A model generated the notes under the pieces. It had not been told where the DNA came from and did not search any database. It saw nothing but the letters and a program-made list of their open reading frames with translations. A DNA stretch of 64,000 nucleotides, from assembly GCF_009914755.1 (NCBI RefSeq), contig NC_060938.1; one strand, written 5' to 3'. Origin of the DNA: the human T2T-CHM13v2.0 reference genome, Homo sapiens. Made by a program: the position numbers and the translations under genes. Within the stretch, counting starts at the first letter, position 1, and each line of letters starts with the position of its first letter. Below are positions 60,771 to 64,000 of the stretch, one piece after another.

Positions 60771-62489
60771 GGTGTTCTTGGCTCCCTCGAAGCATCCCTC
60801 ATGTTCCCGTCTCAAGGCCTTGGCGGGCTCTTTCCCTGTCTTGCTGATGTCCCAGGCCCACCCCACCTTTTCCCTGGCCCTGCCATGTGCAGGAGGCAGG
60901 GCTGTCACTCTTGCTGCCTCCACACCTCAGGGGAGGCTGTGAGCCAGCGTGGCCAGTCAGAGCACAGCAACCTCAGGCTACAGGAACTGGTGCAGAGTTG
61001 GAGACAGGAACCAATCAGAGACCTCACTGAGACCCTCCTGCCATGGCCTGGTCAAGGAGGTGGTGAGTCTCACTCTCCCAAGACACCTTCCCTGCCACGT
61101 GGAGAAGGCCGTGCACACGGAAACCAACACAGGAGGGCCGCCAGCCATAGCGGAGACAGACACAGGGACCAAGAGACTGAGACAGCCTCTAGATGCTGAA
61201 GCCTGCGCTGAAGCAGTTGGGCCGTGAGAGGTTCTTCTTACTGGAGGAAACTCCGGGGCTTTGCATTTCTCCACGTCCCTGCTGAGGTTCTGAGCCATTT
61301 GCAAGTTTGTGCCCTCATGTGTGCCTGAGGGCCGGGGGCACCTGTGCATATGCTCAAGGGCTTTCTGTGCACACATGGCACCTGCAGTGCGGTCGCAGCC
61401 ATTCCTCAGCTCACATCTTTGCATGTGAGTGGTTCTGGTACCGCTTGTCTGCCCAGCGCCCTGGTGCCTATCTGCTGCCTCATGTGAGCTCGCTGGGCCA
61501 CCCTCTGACTGCTGGACCCACCTCCAGAGGCCACTCAGGGCAAGAGAGATGGATCCCAATACCCCACCCAGCCAGCCCCAGCCCCCTATGGTCTGCCACC
61601 TTCAATTCAACCTCCTCACTGTGGCTGCAGCTGTGATCTCATCCTTCCTGTCTCATTTTAATGCCACCTTTTTCAGGAAGCCTCCCCTGACCAGGAAGCC
61701 AAGTGGCCTCACTACCCTCTCCACACAGCACAATCTAGGAATGGCCTGCCCAGGTGGAGCAGCAGTAGTCAAAGAGGCTCCATTGCTGCCCCAAGTCCTG
61801 GCCGTCCAGCACTCTGGACTCCCCTGAGGCCCCACCATCAGGAGAGGGAGCCCCAGCCTCTGGGCCCTTTCAGTCCTGGCTGTGGCCCTGAGCACCAGGG
61901 GTGAAGTTTGCTGAGCCTCACCTGGCCCTCTGCATTTATGGTGGCGGTGGGGATGGGGGGCAGAGCCAGACACTCAGGGGTGAAGCCCAACGCAGCCCTG
62001 TCAGTCAAACTGCCTCCTTCCCACTGAGAAGCAAGACAAGGGGCAAAACAGTTGTGACCCCCAAGTATCCTGTTTGTTCCTGGTTGAGGACATGTGAGTC
62101 CAGCAAGGGGCAGCCAAACTCCAGGACCGTGAGGACCCACCCTCCCCGTCCTAGGCTGGGCCAGCACCACAGAGCCACTGAGCGCAGGGACCTCTGCTCA
62201 AGGCGATCCCTCCAAGGTAAGGGGCAATGCTGGTGGCATCAGAGATGTCGAGGCAAGGCGCCCACCCGGGACACAAAAAGAGGCAGAGCTCCCCCCAGTG
62301 GCGGCTCCTTCCTCCCCGGATGCAGCATATCACTCATGAAAGAAGCAAATACCAGGCCAAGCAAAGGGGTGCTCATGGCAGAGTCTGCAGATGAGGGGTG
62401 GGGGTGCAGGAAACAGCAGGATGGCCTGGAGGGTGGAAGGCCCTGGAAGTCTCCAAGACTGAGTAGTTTCCCTTTCACCTTCAGTCCTC

Positions 62490-63392
62490 TGCCTACATAC
62501 CCACCTCCACCATCCTTCCTGCACCCTTCCCTAGTCACTCATCCACCATCCTGCCATTGGAACCCAGTGTAACCATCCACCATTCTCCCCCTTCCATCAG
62601 CTACAACCAGTGTCTCCCCAATCCACAAGGCACACCATCCATCTCTCCACCAGTAATCCCCTAATGACCAATTCACCACCCTCCCAGAAACTCATCTCCC
62701 CATCATCAAATCATCCAAACATCATGCACAATCCATTTGCTGTTCATCTTTCTACCTCTCTGCTTCCCAACACCCACAAATCCATCCTCCATTCACTCAC
62801 CACCCAGCCATTCCAACGTGCATGATGCAGATCCAAGCATGCACTGCAGACCCATTCCCCCAACCCCCATCAATCATCCATCCATCACCTAGCGCACATT
62901 CATTCACAATTTATCCACCATGCTCTGTCCACCCACCCATTGATTTATATCCAGTAACTCCTGTACTCTTATCCATCTACCTACTGTCTCTCTACTTACT
63001 ACTATCCATTCACACATCATCTAAAATTCATTCACCATTATTCATCCACCATCAATCCATCCCTCCACCATTTGGTCTTGTCCACCATCCATCTACATCC
63101 AAAATCCACAACTTTTTCTCACCCACCGTGCATTGCAACAACTATCCATACATACACATCTGTTCAACAGCTACGATTTCTCTTTCACCCATCAACCATC
63201 CACTATGCAACCATGATTCATTTTGCCACCGTCCGCCCTTTCCCTCGTTCTCCTTTATTCAACTACCATCTACCATCCATCAACCATCCTTCCATAATCA
63301 CTCTTCTATCCATCCATCCACCAATAACATTCACCATCTGTGAGCTGCCATCCATACACTTACCCATTCACCATCCACAATCAACTATCTAC

Positions 63393-63425
<33 letters not shown>

Positions 63426-64000
63426 GAGTCTCACTCTGTCGCCCAGGCTGGAGTGGAGTGGCACAATCTCGGCTCACTGCAACCTCTGCCTCCCAGGTTG
63501 AAGCAATTCGGCCCCAGCCTCCCAAGTAGTTGGGATTACAAATGTGCACCATCACATTTGGCTCATTTTTGTATTTTTAGTAGAGACAAGGTTTCACCAT
63601 GTTGTCCATGCTGGTCTTGAACTCCTGACCTCAAGTGATACTCCATCCTCAGCCTCCCAAAATGCTGGGGTTACAGGCGTGAGCCACCGCGCCCAGCCAA
63701 CTATCTGCTTTCATCTACCATCCGTCATCTGTCTGTTGATCAACTGTCCTTCTACAAAATACTATATCAACCCACCACCCATCATCCACCATTCATAACG
63801 CACCACCCATCTATCCCCATTCACCATCCACCATCACCTTCCATCTACCTACCATCCACCATCCACCATTCATAACACACCACCCATCATCCCCATTCAC
63901 CATCCACCATCACCTTCCATCCATCTACCATCCATCATCCACCACCCATCTATCCCCATTCACCATCCACCATCACCTTCCATCCATCCACCATCCATCA
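62490..64000. repeat. Degenerate (CCAT/TCCA)n simple-repeat tract, runs off the window end
   Basis: Very G-poor + strand, many ccatcca/catccacc units. Confidence 0.9.
63395..63698 (-). mobile_element. AluS inserted in the (CCAT)n tract
   Basis: TSD caactatct(a/g)ct. Confidence 0.9.

Overview
Human (primate) genomic DNA holding the complete coding part of TRAF3 (TNF receptor-associated factor 3, 14q32) on the + strand. The window opens inside the long 5'-UTR intron. Ten coding exons (14449-50031) splice with GT-AG boundaries into 1707 nt = 568 aa + stop (RING, zinc fingers, coiled coil, TRAF-C/MATH). A ~5.7 kb Alu-free 3'UTR follows, ending at AATAAA 55724-55729, then ~8 kb of GC-rich intergenic DNA finishing in a degenerate (CCAT)n tract. 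Introns are dense in Alu, L1, MIR/L2, MaLR and DNA-transposon relics; most ORFs in the track are Alu or GC artefacts. Most notable non-gene structures: (1) a 5.6 kb MER41-family ERV copy with mRNA architecture (R-U5-internal-U3-R-polyA) and a perfect 15-bp TSD, i.e. an L1-retroposed ERV transcript rather than a provirus; (2) a U6 snRNA-L1 chimeric retrocopy with TSD; (3) a ~39-copy 36-bp VNTR starting 12 nt after a splice donor, with units carrying a GATA site and an acceptor-like TTCCACAG|G; (4) a candidate 76-nt poison exon just after the regulated 75-nt exon; (5) an AG|GTAAGT recursive-splice-like site and a 10-nt microexon-like site in the 5' intron; (6) a MADE1 hairpin; (7) an E-box-rich 135-bp dispersed duplication downstream. 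I found no wholly new gene system. Repeat subfamily names come from recalled consensus sequences and should be confirmed with RepeatMasker/Dfam.
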